A stretch of DNA of 37,187 nt from a virus (Duplodnaviria > Heunggongvirae > Uroviricota > Caudoviricetes), in IMG/VR virus record IMGVR_UViG_3300014204_000132; one strand, given 5' to 3'. Made by a program: the position numbers and the translations under genes. Positions 1-7,890 of this stretch are shown here, one piece after another. The first letter of the stretch is position 1. Each line of letters begins with the position of its first letter. The notes beneath the pieces are model-generated. The model was not told the origin of the DNA, made no database searches, and worked only from the letters and a program-made list of their open reading frames with translations.

Positions 1-2
1 AA

Positions 3-413
3 TTGATTCAAAAATGGAACAATGATATTGTAAATGGTTTAGGTAATCTGATTTCAAGATTATTACACTTAGTTGAATTAAAAAATGTGAATTTGGATGA
101 AAACCTTTTATCAGTCGATTCATTGAATAGAATACAACATAACACCGATGATATAAAAAGATGTTTTTTAGAATACAATTTTAAAGAACTTGGTAGCCTA
201 CTGAATGGGGTTGTATTTAATTTGAACAAGAGAATAACGATTGAAAAACCATTTGATAAAAATTGTAACAATTATTCTGAAATATTGAACGAATTATATT
301 TTGAACTAAAGGCAATCATTCCATATTATGTAATAATAATCAAGAAACATAAAGAACCACTTGAAAGAGCTTTTAATGATAATAAGAAAGTGATATTATT
401 TGAACGAATTTAA
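3..413 (+). CDS. metG: Methionyl-tRNA synthetase, C-terminal (anticodon-binding) part; 5'-truncated by the window edge
   Basis: NNDIVNGLGNLISR matches the MetRS N.LAN.LGNL..R helix, and the ORF ends LFERI like the LFPRI end of short MetRSs. The catalytic HIGH/KMSKS motifs lie outside the window. Confidence 0.72.
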   Translation: MIQKWNNDIVNGLGNLISRLLHLVELKNVNLDENLLSVDSLNRIQHNTDDIKRCFLEYNFKELGSLLNGVVFNLNKRITIEKPFDKNCNNYSEILNELYFELKAIIPYYVIIIKKHKEPLERAFNDNKKVILFERI

Positions 414-430
414 AAAATTTATTATTTACA

Positions 431-460
431 AATACTAATTTAAAATATGTAAACCCGAAT
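431..460 (+). repeat. 30-bp direct repeat, copy 1 (AATACTAATTTAAAATATGTAAACCCGAAT)
   Basis: Identical to 1134-1163 by direct comparison. Confidence 0.95.
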
Positions 461-478
461 GTAAATCATTCGGGTTTT
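451..478 (+). terminator. Intrinsic terminator hairpin after metG
   Basis: AAACCCGAATG-taaat-CATTCGGGTTT stem-loop running into a short T tract. Confidence 0.75.
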
Positions 479-541
479 GTTGTGATTTTTTTTATAATAT
501 TTTAATTGATAAATTTGTCCATAAACTAAAAATGTACAATT

Positions 542-1135
542 ATGGATAAAAATGAATTAAAACAGTTAAAAGACCTTTATATTGAAGGTTGCATGGAAGC
601 ATTAGAAGCTGGTGAATGTGATTTAAATACAATACCAGTAGAATTAAGAACACCTGATGTTTGTTTAAGAGCAGTTCAAATAGAAGGTCTTTTTCTTGAA
701 TTTGTAACAGAACAAACCACAGAAATATGTGTGGCAGCTATAAAAACTGATTCTGATTCTTTTAGATTTATTTTAAATCCATCTGAAGAAATATGTTTTT
801 TAGCATTGAAAAAGAGTCCTTATATAATAACTTATATTAAAAATCCATCTGAACAAATGTGTTTAATGGCTGTTAAAGAAAATGGTGATAATATTAAATA
901 TATTAAAAACCCTTCTGAGAATGTTTGTATTGCTGCTGTTACTGATATGCCGTCTTCGATTCAATTTATAAAAAAACAGAGTGAAAAAATTTGTTTAGCT
1001 GCTGTTAAAAAAGATGGTGAAGCATTAGAATTTGTTAAACATCAAACACCCGAAATTTGTTTGGCTGCTATTAAGAAATCTCCAAAATCGGCAACGTGGG
1101 TTAAAAAAGAAATTCTCATTCCAATAACTGGATAA
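542..1135 (+). CDS. DUF4116-like tandem repeat protein (7 x 22 aa)
   Basis: Seven units of [TS]xE(I/V/M)CxxA(V/I/L)xxxxxxLx(F/Y)(V/I)xx(Q/P), e.g. TPEICLAAIKKSP and SEKICLAAVKKDGEALEFVKHQ. Confidence 0.8.
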   Translation: MDKNELKQLKDLYIEGCMEALEAGECDLNTIPVELRTPDVCLRAVQIEGLFLEFVTEQTTEICVAAIKTDSDSFRFILNPSEEICFLALKKSPYIITYIKNPSEQMCLMAVKENGDNIKYIKNPSENVCIAAVTDMPSSIQFIKKQSEKICLAAVKKDGEALEFVKHQTPEICLAAIKKSPKSATWVKKEILIPITG

Positions 1136-1163
1136 TACTAATTTAAAATATGTAAACCCGAAT
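1134..1163 (+). repeat. 30-bp direct repeat, copy 2
   Basis: Identical to 431-460; overlaps the DUF4116 stop codon. Confidence 0.95.
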
Positions 1164-1183
1164 AATTCAAATTCGGGTTTTTT
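1154..1183 (+). terminator. Intrinsic terminator after the DUF4116 gene
   Basis: AAACCCGAAT-aattcaa-ATTCGGGTTT followed by TTT. Confidence 0.8.
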
Positions 1184-1195
1184 GTTTTTATAAAT

Positions 1196-1204
1196 TAATA
1201 TATA
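1196..1204 (+). promoter_or_regulatory. TAATATATA motif (putative late promoter)
   Basis: Exact motif 21 nt before the ATG at 1226, just after a terminator; recurs before other unit-leading genes. Confidence 0.6.
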
Positions 1205-1225
1205 AAGAAAAATAAATATCGATTA

Positions 1226-3094
1226 ATGTATATTCAAAATAGTTCATTCTTATCACCGACATACAAAGTCATTAGACCATATGATTGTTCTTTGGTCGCA
1301 ATTGATGGTGTGGATACAGCAGGTAAAATAACTTTACAAGGTCTCGAAATTCCTTATGATTCATTTTTTGTTTCTAAAATGACTCTAAATTCAGGTGTAA
1401 CTAATAAACCTGTTTTATATGGGTTCTTAGGAAATGATATTACTGTTTTGATAATTAAAGTTATTTATAATAATGGTGTAGACCCAAGATGCTGTGCCAC
1501 AGATGATGATGAAAATTATATTGAATATTATTTTGCAGACCAACCAAGTATTATAAGACCAGTGAGTCAATTAATGATTTTAACTGGTACTCAATCACAT
1601 AGAATACCACAGGTGTTTTTAAATAATCCACATAAGTATAATGTTATAGTTGAGATTATGGTGGCATCAATTGATGTTATGGAAGGAGTGAATATTGATA
1701 ATAATATAACACAAGCTGTAATAGATGGTTTGTATTATAATTCTATAATCACCGATGTTCTTTTAAGTGGTTGTACTCAATTTGAAGTTATAAATGAAAA
1801 TAATGCAACCGTATTAGTTCTTCCAATAGAGTTGTTTGACACGGATGCAAATATTCATAATATTGAACAAACAGGAAGTGTGTTAACTATCACTACTCAA
1901 AATATAGAAAAAACTATTCTTAAATTCTTATCTGTGTGGGATGCTAATCAAGCTCACAGTAGATTTGCTTGGATATTAGAAAATCCTGTTCATAGGTTTT
2001 TAACAAAAGATTCCCCAACACCAGATTTGTTAGCACCAGTTATTACAATGAATCCTTATGTAGATGGTATATTTAATATTACTGGAGCAACAAGTGATTT
2101 ACTAAGAAATTATTATGTAGAATCAGTAAATGATGATAGGGATGGTGAGATTGAAGTGAATGATGTCGGGATTATAATAAGAGAACATAATTCTATTTCA
2201 ACGTTAGATAACATCCCATATGAAGGAAGATTTGACATTTTATTCACAATAGCTGATATAGCTGGAAACGCTTCAACCTTGATGAGAACGGTATTGTTTG
2301 ATGCAACACCCCCAGTTATTACAATGACCCCTGCTGCATCTGGAAGTATTATACCGATGATTATTTCAAGTGATAGTCAATTAGTAATTTCTGAAGGGTT
2401 GACCGAAATGGATGTTATTCGTAAATGTATTAGTACTGTTGTAGATAATATTGATGGTAATATTCCGATAAGTGCAGTTACACTGGAAATTACAGGAACA
2501 ACATTTCCAATAACTGTTGGTGGGTTAATTCCTATAACTTTTTCAGCTCACGATTTTGCTTCTAATGTTACATTGATTACTGGAAAAACATTAAGCGTTA
2601 CTGATGATATACCACCAGTTTTAACCGAGGGTCTGATGTATTCTACACCAACTGGTATAACTGGAGATTTTGAAAATGAATATATATTTTATGTTGACGG
2701 TGGTTCTGGTACAACTTATAATTTACAATTTGTATCTGGAATAACAAAAGATAAAGATTTAGTAGTTGGACAATATTATCCATTTACTATTGTTAGTTTC
2801 GATTTACCATCTGGTAGTACATATCCAAGTTTAGACTCATATTTCTTAATGAATTTTGAAACGGGTACTACATTGGATTATTATGTTAATATGGCTAATG
2901 GTTTACAACCATTCTTTAATGTGAGTGGTGGTACAGTAGAACCTATGATTGACGGTTGTCTTGATACGATAGATTTGCAAATGCGTGGTGATTTTCCAAC
3001 TTGTACACTATATGTGAGTGGTGAAGTTATAGACCAACAAGGAAATATAAATTCTATAATGTTAACAATGAATGTGGTAAACCCATTTATTTAA
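1226..3094 (+). CDS. Putative virion structural protein with two Ig-like (DUF5011/HYR-type) domains
   Basis: LAPVIT...VNDDRDGEI...FTIADIAGN and DATPPVIT...VVDNIDGNI...FSAHDFASN are typical Ig-like repeat signatures. Confidence 0.6.
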   Translation: MYIQNSSFLSPTYKVIRPYDCSLVAIDGVDTAGKITLQGLEIPYDSFFVSKMTLNSGVTNKPVLYGFLGNDITVLIIKVIYNNGVDPRCCATDDDENYIEYYFADQPSIIRPVSQLMILTGTQSHRIPQVFLNNPHKYNVIVEIMVASIDVMEGVNIDNNITQAVIDGLYYNSIITDVLLSGCTQFEVINENNATVLVLPIELFDTDANIHNIEQTGSVLTITTQNIEKTILKFLSVWDANQAHSRFAWILENPVHRFLTKDSPTPDLLAPVITMNPYVDGIFNITGATSDLLRNYYVESVNDDRDGEIEVNDVGIIIREHNSISTLDNIPYEGRFDILFTIADIAGNASTLMRTVLFDATPPVITMTPAASGSIIPMIISSDSQLVISEGLTEMDVIRKCISTVVDNIDGNIPISAVTLEITGTTFPITVGGLIPITFSAHDFASNVTLITGKTLSVTDDIPPVLTEGLMYSTPTGITGDFENEYIFYVDGGSGTTYNLQFVSGITKDKDLVVGQYYPFTIVSFDLPSGSTYPSLDSYFLMNFETGTTLDYYVNMANGLQPFFNVSGGTVEPMIDGCLDTIDLQMRGDFPTCTLYVSGEVIDQQGNINSIMLTMNVVNPFI

Positions 3095-3120
3095 TAATAT
3101 AAACCCTACGAATATTGATA

Positions 3121-3150
3121 AAAAATCACCTAATTTATAGGTGATTTTTT
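3121..3150 (+). terminator. Intrinsic terminator
   Basis: AAAAATCACCTA-attta-TAGGTGATTTTT plus T. Confidence 0.8.
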
Positions 3151-3209
3151 ATTTAAATTGATAATTTTTTTAATTAAATCATTTTTTTTCATTTAGACCC
3201 GATTAATCT

Positions 3210-3218
3210 AAATATATA
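3210..3218 (+). promoter_or_regulatory. AAATATATA variant of the putative late promoter
   Basis: One mismatch to TAATATATA, 22 nt before the ATG at 3241. Confidence 0.45.
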
Positions 3219-3240
3219 GTTAAAAAAATTAGTATATAAT

Positions 3241-3708
3241 ATGAAAAATGTTGATTTATTTAGATTAAGAGAAGGATTAAATGACGTGTCAAATTTAAAA
3301 GGTGTTAAATTTGCATATGTTGTGTTAAAGAATAAAAAACTCATAGAGGAAGAAATAGAAACACTCCAAAAGTCTATTGAAATGTCATCCGAATTTCAAG
3401 AATTCGAAAGAAAAAGAATCAGTCTTTGTGAACAATTCTCTGATAAGAATAAAGATGGTTCACCTATTATTACTAATAATGCATATAGTATACCTAACAG
3501 AGAAGAATTTGAAGCAGAGGTAGCTGGACTAAAAAATCAGTATCTTGAATGTGTATCAGAAAGAGAAGAACAATTAAGAGATTATGATAAATTATTGAAA
3601 GAAGAATCTGATTTGTTAGATAAACTTGCTAAAGTTAAAATCACATATGTGCCAGATGATATATCAGCAACACAACTGGATAGCATCAAAGAAATAATTG
3701 AAGATTAA
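3241..3708 (+). CDS. Helical phage protein of the type often found beside tail/fibre genes (DUF1617-like)
   Basis: KFAYVVLKNKKLIEEE...DKNKDGSPI...EEFEAE pattern; family name recalled, not searched. Confidence 0.4.
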   Translation: MKNVDLFRLREGLNDVSNLKGVKFAYVVLKNKKLIEEEIETLQKSIEMSSEFQEFERKRISLCEQFSDKNKDGSPIITNNAYSIPNREEFEAEVAGLKNQYLECVSEREEQLRDYDKLLKEESDLLDKLAKVKITYVPDDISATQLDSIKEIIED

Positions 3709-3740
3709 ATCCTAATTTCTGTTAATCACATTTTTGAATT

Positions 3741-3771
3741 CCCAACTTAATATTTTTGAGTTGGGTTTTTT
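3741..3771 (+). terminator. Intrinsic terminator
   Basis: CCCAACTTAA-tattt-TTGAGTTGGG (one G-U pair) followed by T6. Confidence 0.75.
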
Positions 3772-3786
3772 ATTTGGTTAGAATTT

Positions 3787-3795
3787 TAATATATA
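3787..3795 (+). promoter_or_regulatory. TAATATATA motif (putative late promoter)
   Basis: Exact motif 23 nt before the ATG at 3819. Confidence 0.6.
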
Positions 3796-3818
3796 AAGAA
3801 AAATATTAAAACTAAAAT

Positions 3819-4400
3819 ATGGCAGCTTTTAATTATACATTGGATACTTTTTTGGCTACCCCAGCCCCGGGCGACACCCAACTGCGTGTTTATGATAAAA
3901 ACCGAGTATTAAAATATACTCTGAATCCAGACTTATCATCTTTCTTCGTTAAAAACAATTTAGTTATCATCAAAGTAGAAAATACTAATGATATTATTTT
4001 AAATTTTGAAACTACTCCGATAGCTGTTCAAGCATTATCTAAATTAAACTGGGCTAAGAAAGAAGTTTCTAAATCTCCCGTCATTGTTACTTCTACTGTG
4101 ACATTTTCTATGGCTAATCTACACATGGATGGTCAAGTTACCATAGCTGATGGTGATTTAGCATGTGACCAACCTATTGGTGATGAGCCACTTTCAAATG
4201 TGAGAGTTTTTATAAACGGTGTAGAAGTTCAGGTTGGGGCAGATTTAGATTGTTTCTTTTCACCAGACGGTGGTACAACAAAAAGAAACCCTGCTGAAGC
4301 TATAAGTGGTGATTTTTTACATTGGAACGGAGATTACATCGGGTTTCAATTAGATACTATTGATGAAATAGATTTTATTTATTTAATTAAAAAAGATTAA
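3819..4400 (+). CDS. Putative virion protein carrying the shared C-terminal domain
   Basis: C-terminus VFINGVEV...DCFFSPDGGTT...GDFLHW...GFQLDTIDEIDFIYL aligns with the ends of ORFs 7891, 13341 and 17499. Confidence 0.5.
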   Translation: MAAFNYTLDTFLATPAPGDTQLRVYDKNRVLKYTLNPDLSSFFVKNNLVIIKVENTNDIILNFETTPIAVQALSKLNWAKKEVSKSPVIVTSTVTFSMANLHMDGQVTIADGDLACDQPIGDEPLSNVRVFINGVEVQVGADLDCFFSPDGGTTKRNPAEAISGDFLHWNGDYIGFQLDTIDEIDFIYLIKKD

Positions 4401-4405
4401 AAATA

Positions 4406-5149
4406 ATGATTGTTAAATTCAATAATTTTATTCTTGAAAAAATAGATATTAGAAATGATATCGATTTACAAAAAGAATATGATGATATAAACAAAAGATG
4501 TTTCAATAATGAATTGATAAATGTCCCATTATTATGGGTTAAAACCAAATCAACAGGCGGTAGAACTATTGGTAAATATTATCGTGATACGAGAAAAGTT
4601 GAAATTGAGAAAGTTGAAATTTCATATTTTTATGAACTGGATTATGAAAGATTTAGAAATATTCTGGCACATGAAATGATTCATGTTTATGTTATGCAAA
4701 CACACGGAAAAGATTATGGTGGTTCACACGGTATACATTTTAATGAATGGATGAGAAAACTTAATAAAATGGGTTTCAATATTACAGTAAAAGATGATGT
4801 AACCGAAATAAAAATGTCAGATGAAAATGATTTATCAAAAGCATTATTTGTTGTATTAATACGTTCTGAACGTTCTAATGAAACCAGATTTTCAGTATCG
4901 TGTTATAATGAAAATGCTATTACTGATGAATTTAAAGAAAAAATAATGAATACATATAAAGGTGATGCAAAATATACTCATAAAAAATATTATATCACAT
5001 TTATAAAATCAAAAGATGCTATATTAAAAAAATATCCAGTTAAACGAAATGTTAAACGGTATGAAGGTGGATATCAAATATCAGAAGAATTATATAATAA
5101 GTTATTGGATAACAGTGATATAGTACAAGAAACTATGTTTTTCGAATAA
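4406..5149 (+). CDS. SprT-like zinc metalloprotease
   Basis: ILAHEMIH (HExxH), downstream HGIHF, and upstream YDDINKRCFNNEL, which follows the SprT layout. Confidence 0.8.
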   Translation: MIVKFNNFILEKIDIRNDIDLQKEYDDINKRCFNNELINVPLLWVKTKSTGGRTIGKYYRDTRKVEIEKVEISYFYELDYERFRNILAHEMIHVYVMQTHGKDYGGSHGIHFNEWMRKLNKMGFNITVKDDVTEIKMSDENDLSKALFVVLIRSERSNETRFSVSCYNENAITDEFKEKIMNTYKGDAKYTHKKYYITFIKSKDAILKKYPVKRNVKRYEGGYQISEELYNKLLDNSDIVQETMFFE

Positions 5150-5151
5150 TA

Positions 5152-5280
5152 TTATTTTCTTTTCTTAAATAATGATTCACATTGCCAACTACAAAATTTA
5201 TAACCTTTTGGAACTGGCATACAACACCGTTGACATATTTTCCAGTCTATTTCTTCTTTACTTTTTGGTAAATTTGACAT
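5152..5280 (-). CDS. 42-aa zinc-finger microprotein (CxxC-x10-CxxxC, DUF2116-like); absent from the ORF track
   Basis: Manual translation gives MSNLPKSKEEIDWKICQRCCMPVPKGYKFCSWQCESLFKKRK. It starts 3 nt after the stop of the 5284-5808 gene on the same strand. Confidence 0.75.
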   Translation of the reverse strand: MSNLPKSKEEIDWKICQRCCMPVPKGYKFCSWQCESLFKKRK

Positions 5281-5283
5281 AAT

Positions 5284-5808
5284 TTAAAAATCAAATATTG
5301 TTTCTAATTTAGCTTTCCTAACAAATAATTTCAATTCTCTATCAGTTTTAAATATTTTTTTTAATATATCTTCAGATACTATATTGAGAATATTAGCTTT
5401 AATCAATGGGAAGTCTTCCATATATAATCTGAATTCACCTGAAAAATTTTCACCACCATTAAAAGTTCCAGTATTAAACCCAAGTTGAGTACTAAAGCAA
5501 TCGGTTTCACTAAAAAAATTATTATTTAAATTCTTTTTTGGAAGTTTTGTCCATTTACCTTTAATCCAACCTCTGAAGCCTAAATAATTTTTATTTGTCT
5601 CTTTTGCTCTCCAATCATTTCTAATGCCGTTTAATGGGTTATCATGAGAATTATTTATATATTGAAAAGTAAAATTATCCCAATTTTCAAATTCAACAAT
5701 ACCACCATGTATCAACTTTATATTGCGAATATAATTTTTTTCTAATTCGTTTAAATCTTTTGAATTTAAACGAGCTTGATTTCTCAATATATTCATTTCT
5801 TCGTTCAT
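5284..5808 (-). CDS. Hypothetical protein
   Basis: 174-aa ORF filling the gap, with no competing + strand ORF; no motif recognised. Confidence 0.65.
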   Translation of the reverse strand: MNEEMNILRNQARLNSKDLNELEKNYIRNIKLIHGGIVEFENWDNFTFQYINNSHDNPLNGIRNDWRAKETNKNYLGFRGWIKGKWTKLPKKNLNNNFFSETDCFSTQLGFNTGTFNGGENFSGEFRLYMEDFPLIKANILNIVSEDILKKIFKTDRELKLFVRKAKLETIFDF

Positions 5809-5884
5809 CTAAATCATTTTAAACAAAAATAAGAAAAATAATTATTAATTTAATATGCGTATAAAATTATTTTGTTTTAAAAAT

Positions 5885-5893
5885 TAATATATA
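5885..5893 (+). promoter_or_regulatory. TAATATATA motif (putative late promoter)
   Basis: Exact motif 25 nt before the ATG at 5919. Confidence 0.6.
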
Positions 5894-5918
5894 AAACAAA
5901 AGTAATTTTCAAAATAAT

Positions 5919-7694
5919 ATGCCTAAAATACGTGGAAAGCAAATAAACGCTGATACTTTACCTGTAAATCCTAATGATGTGGTAAATAAAGCATATGCTG
6001 ATGGATTAGTTATATCAGGTGGTACGGGTGCGATATCAATTCAAGATGAAGGTGTACTTGTTAGTTCTGGGGCAACCGTATTAAATTTTATAGGTACATC
6101 GGTTTTAGCTCAACAAGGAATAGGTAGAGTTGATATTTTTATACCAGCACCAACATATTCTTCACATTTTAATACAAGTGACGGAACTACGGATGCCGTT
6201 TTAACAAGTATATCAACAACAAATCGTTATATCTCCAATCCAACAACTGAGGGTAACCCTTTTAAAATTGGAAGTTGGGTTGCTGGTTCAACACATCCTA
6301 CAATAAGAAATTCTGTTTCACCATCATATTCTACCCCACAAACTTTTTCTATTTTTAATAGTGCAACAACTTTAAGAACAAGATTATATGATGCTGATGG
6401 GACATCAGTTTTAGCTGAAAATCTTATTACATTAAATGCTGACGGTGTGTTTTCAACTGGTGGTATAATGTATACAGTTACGGGATGGAGTCCAGATGCT
6501 GATAGATTTAAGGCTACTGTTTCTATTAGTATACAAATACCTACTGGTGGAAGACGTAGTATTGAAATAATACATGATAATGGTGCTGATGGAACTTATA
6601 CTTTTACTCAAAATAATATATTCAAAGACTCTGAAACACTGAATGCTAACCTTGATACATCAGTATTAACAATAGCAGAAGGAACAAGTGTTGTTACTAA
6701 ACATATTAGTGGGGTGGAATTCTACACTTTAAATACACAATGGCATGTTCATGTTACTGATGTGAATAATTTAAACAGTATATCGTTTCCGATTACCCAA
6801 CAAATGGTATTAAGTGAAAGTAATTTATTTATTTCAACTGATTTAAACATACACGGTTTAGGTGGTTCTTATGATACATTTTCTGGTACTACATGGACTA
6901 ATTTACATTCTAATACAGGTGCTACTTATGATAAATTGAATTGGGTGACTAACCAAACTAATCAAACAAACTGGAACAATGGTACGGGTTCATTAAATTC
7001 AAATACAATTATAGCAAGTGTATATGACTGGGGTTTATCTGATACTGCAACATCATCAGGATATAATTATTTGATTGATACATTAGTAGATGGTTCAGAT
7101 AGAAATTCAGAAATGTTCAGAAGTGAAACCACTGTCGGATATCCAAGATTGCAATCTGATTTAACAACATCTTGGGATAGTACTATTAGTTTATTATCGC
7201 AAGATAGTGGAAATGGTTTACAATTATTAGGTGATAGATTGGTATATCCAAAGTATAATTTTACTGCTTATAATCCAAATATGAGTTCACAACCGAATTA
7301 TATTGCTGCATCTGGTGATAAATATTATTACAGAAGATTTGATACAAATGGTGCAAATGTGTCTAATGGTATCATTGTTTTCTCAGACCATAATTTAGTT
7401 GAATCCGATTTATCAGGGGGGACTATACGTTTTGATATTTCAATTGATAATGGGTCAAGTTGGTTTAGTTTAAATTCTCAATATATAGGTGGAGTATTGT
7501 CGAATGGTTCTGGATGTAGAATTGATGTTACTGAATTTGGACTTGGTGTTGGAACAACAAACAACAGTGCATTGAGATTTTCATTAGGACTTGGTGGTAC
7601 ATCAACATTTATTTATTTGAGAATAATATATAATTCATCTGCAATTAATAAATATATAGGTGGGATAGATATAACAGATGCTAATTGGATTTAA
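5919..7694 (+). CDS. Putative virion fibre/appendage protein, module A1 (paralog of 11642-13297)
   Basis: Starts MPKIRGKQI, has the fibre-type DVVNKAYAD motif, is G/S/T/N-rich and beta-rich, and its C-terminal third aligns with ORF 11642. Confidence 0.6.
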   Translation: MPKIRGKQINADTLPVNPNDVVNKAYADGLVISGGTGAISIQDEGVLVSSGATVLNFIGTSVLAQQGIGRVDIFIPAPTYSSHFNTSDGTTDAVLTSISTTNRYISNPTTEGNPFKIGSWVAGSTHPTIRNSVSPSYSTPQTFSIFNSATTLRTRLYDADGTSVLAENLITLNADGVFSTGGIMYTVTGWSPDADRFKATVSISIQIPTGGRRSIEIIHDNGADGTYTFTQNNIFKDSETLNANLDTSVLTIAEGTSVVTKHISGVEFYTLNTQWHVHVTDVNNLNSISFPITQQMVLSESNLFISTDLNIHGLGGSYDTFSGTTWTNLHSNTGATYDKLNWVTNQTNQTNWNNGTGSLNSNTIIASVYDWGLSDTATSSGYNYLIDTLVDGSDRNSEMFRSETTVGYPRLQSDLTTSWDSTISLLSQDSGNGLQLLGDRLVYPKYNFTAYNPNMSSQPNYIAASGDKYYYRRFDTNGANVSNGIIVFSDHNLVESDLSGGTIRFDISIDNGSSWFSLNSQYIGGVLSNGSGCRIDVTEFGLGVGTTNNSALRFSLGLGGTSTFIYLRIIYNSSAINKYIGGIDITDANWI

Positions 7695-7712
7695 AAAATA
7701 ATATTATAAATC

Positions 7713-7874
7713 ATGTCAGATTTTGAAATAAAAAAAATATCAGAGAATAAATACTACTTAAATTTAATTAAGGATGTTGATGGGGATATTTCTTCGAATG
7801 GATTGTCATTTGATAAGAATGAACTTTATAAATTGTATATGAAGTTGCGTGACATTTTCAGCAATGCTGAATAA
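7713..7874 (+). CDS. 53-aa hypothetical protein; absent from the ORF track
   Basis: Manual translation gives MSDFEIKKISENKYYLNLIKDVDGDISSNGLSFDKNELYKLYMKLRDIFSNAE; it fills the gap between ORFs 5919 and 7891. Confidence 0.65.
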   Translation: MSDFEIKKISENKYYLNLIKDVDGDISSNGLSFDKNELYKLYMKLRDIFSNAE

Positions 7875-7890
7875 AAATTAAAAAATTTAA

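Noticed and set aside
5284-5330. C-terminal RKAKLETI motif on the minus-strand protein as a possible targeting signal
   Set aside because: There is a single instance in the window, so it cannot be evaluated as a motif.
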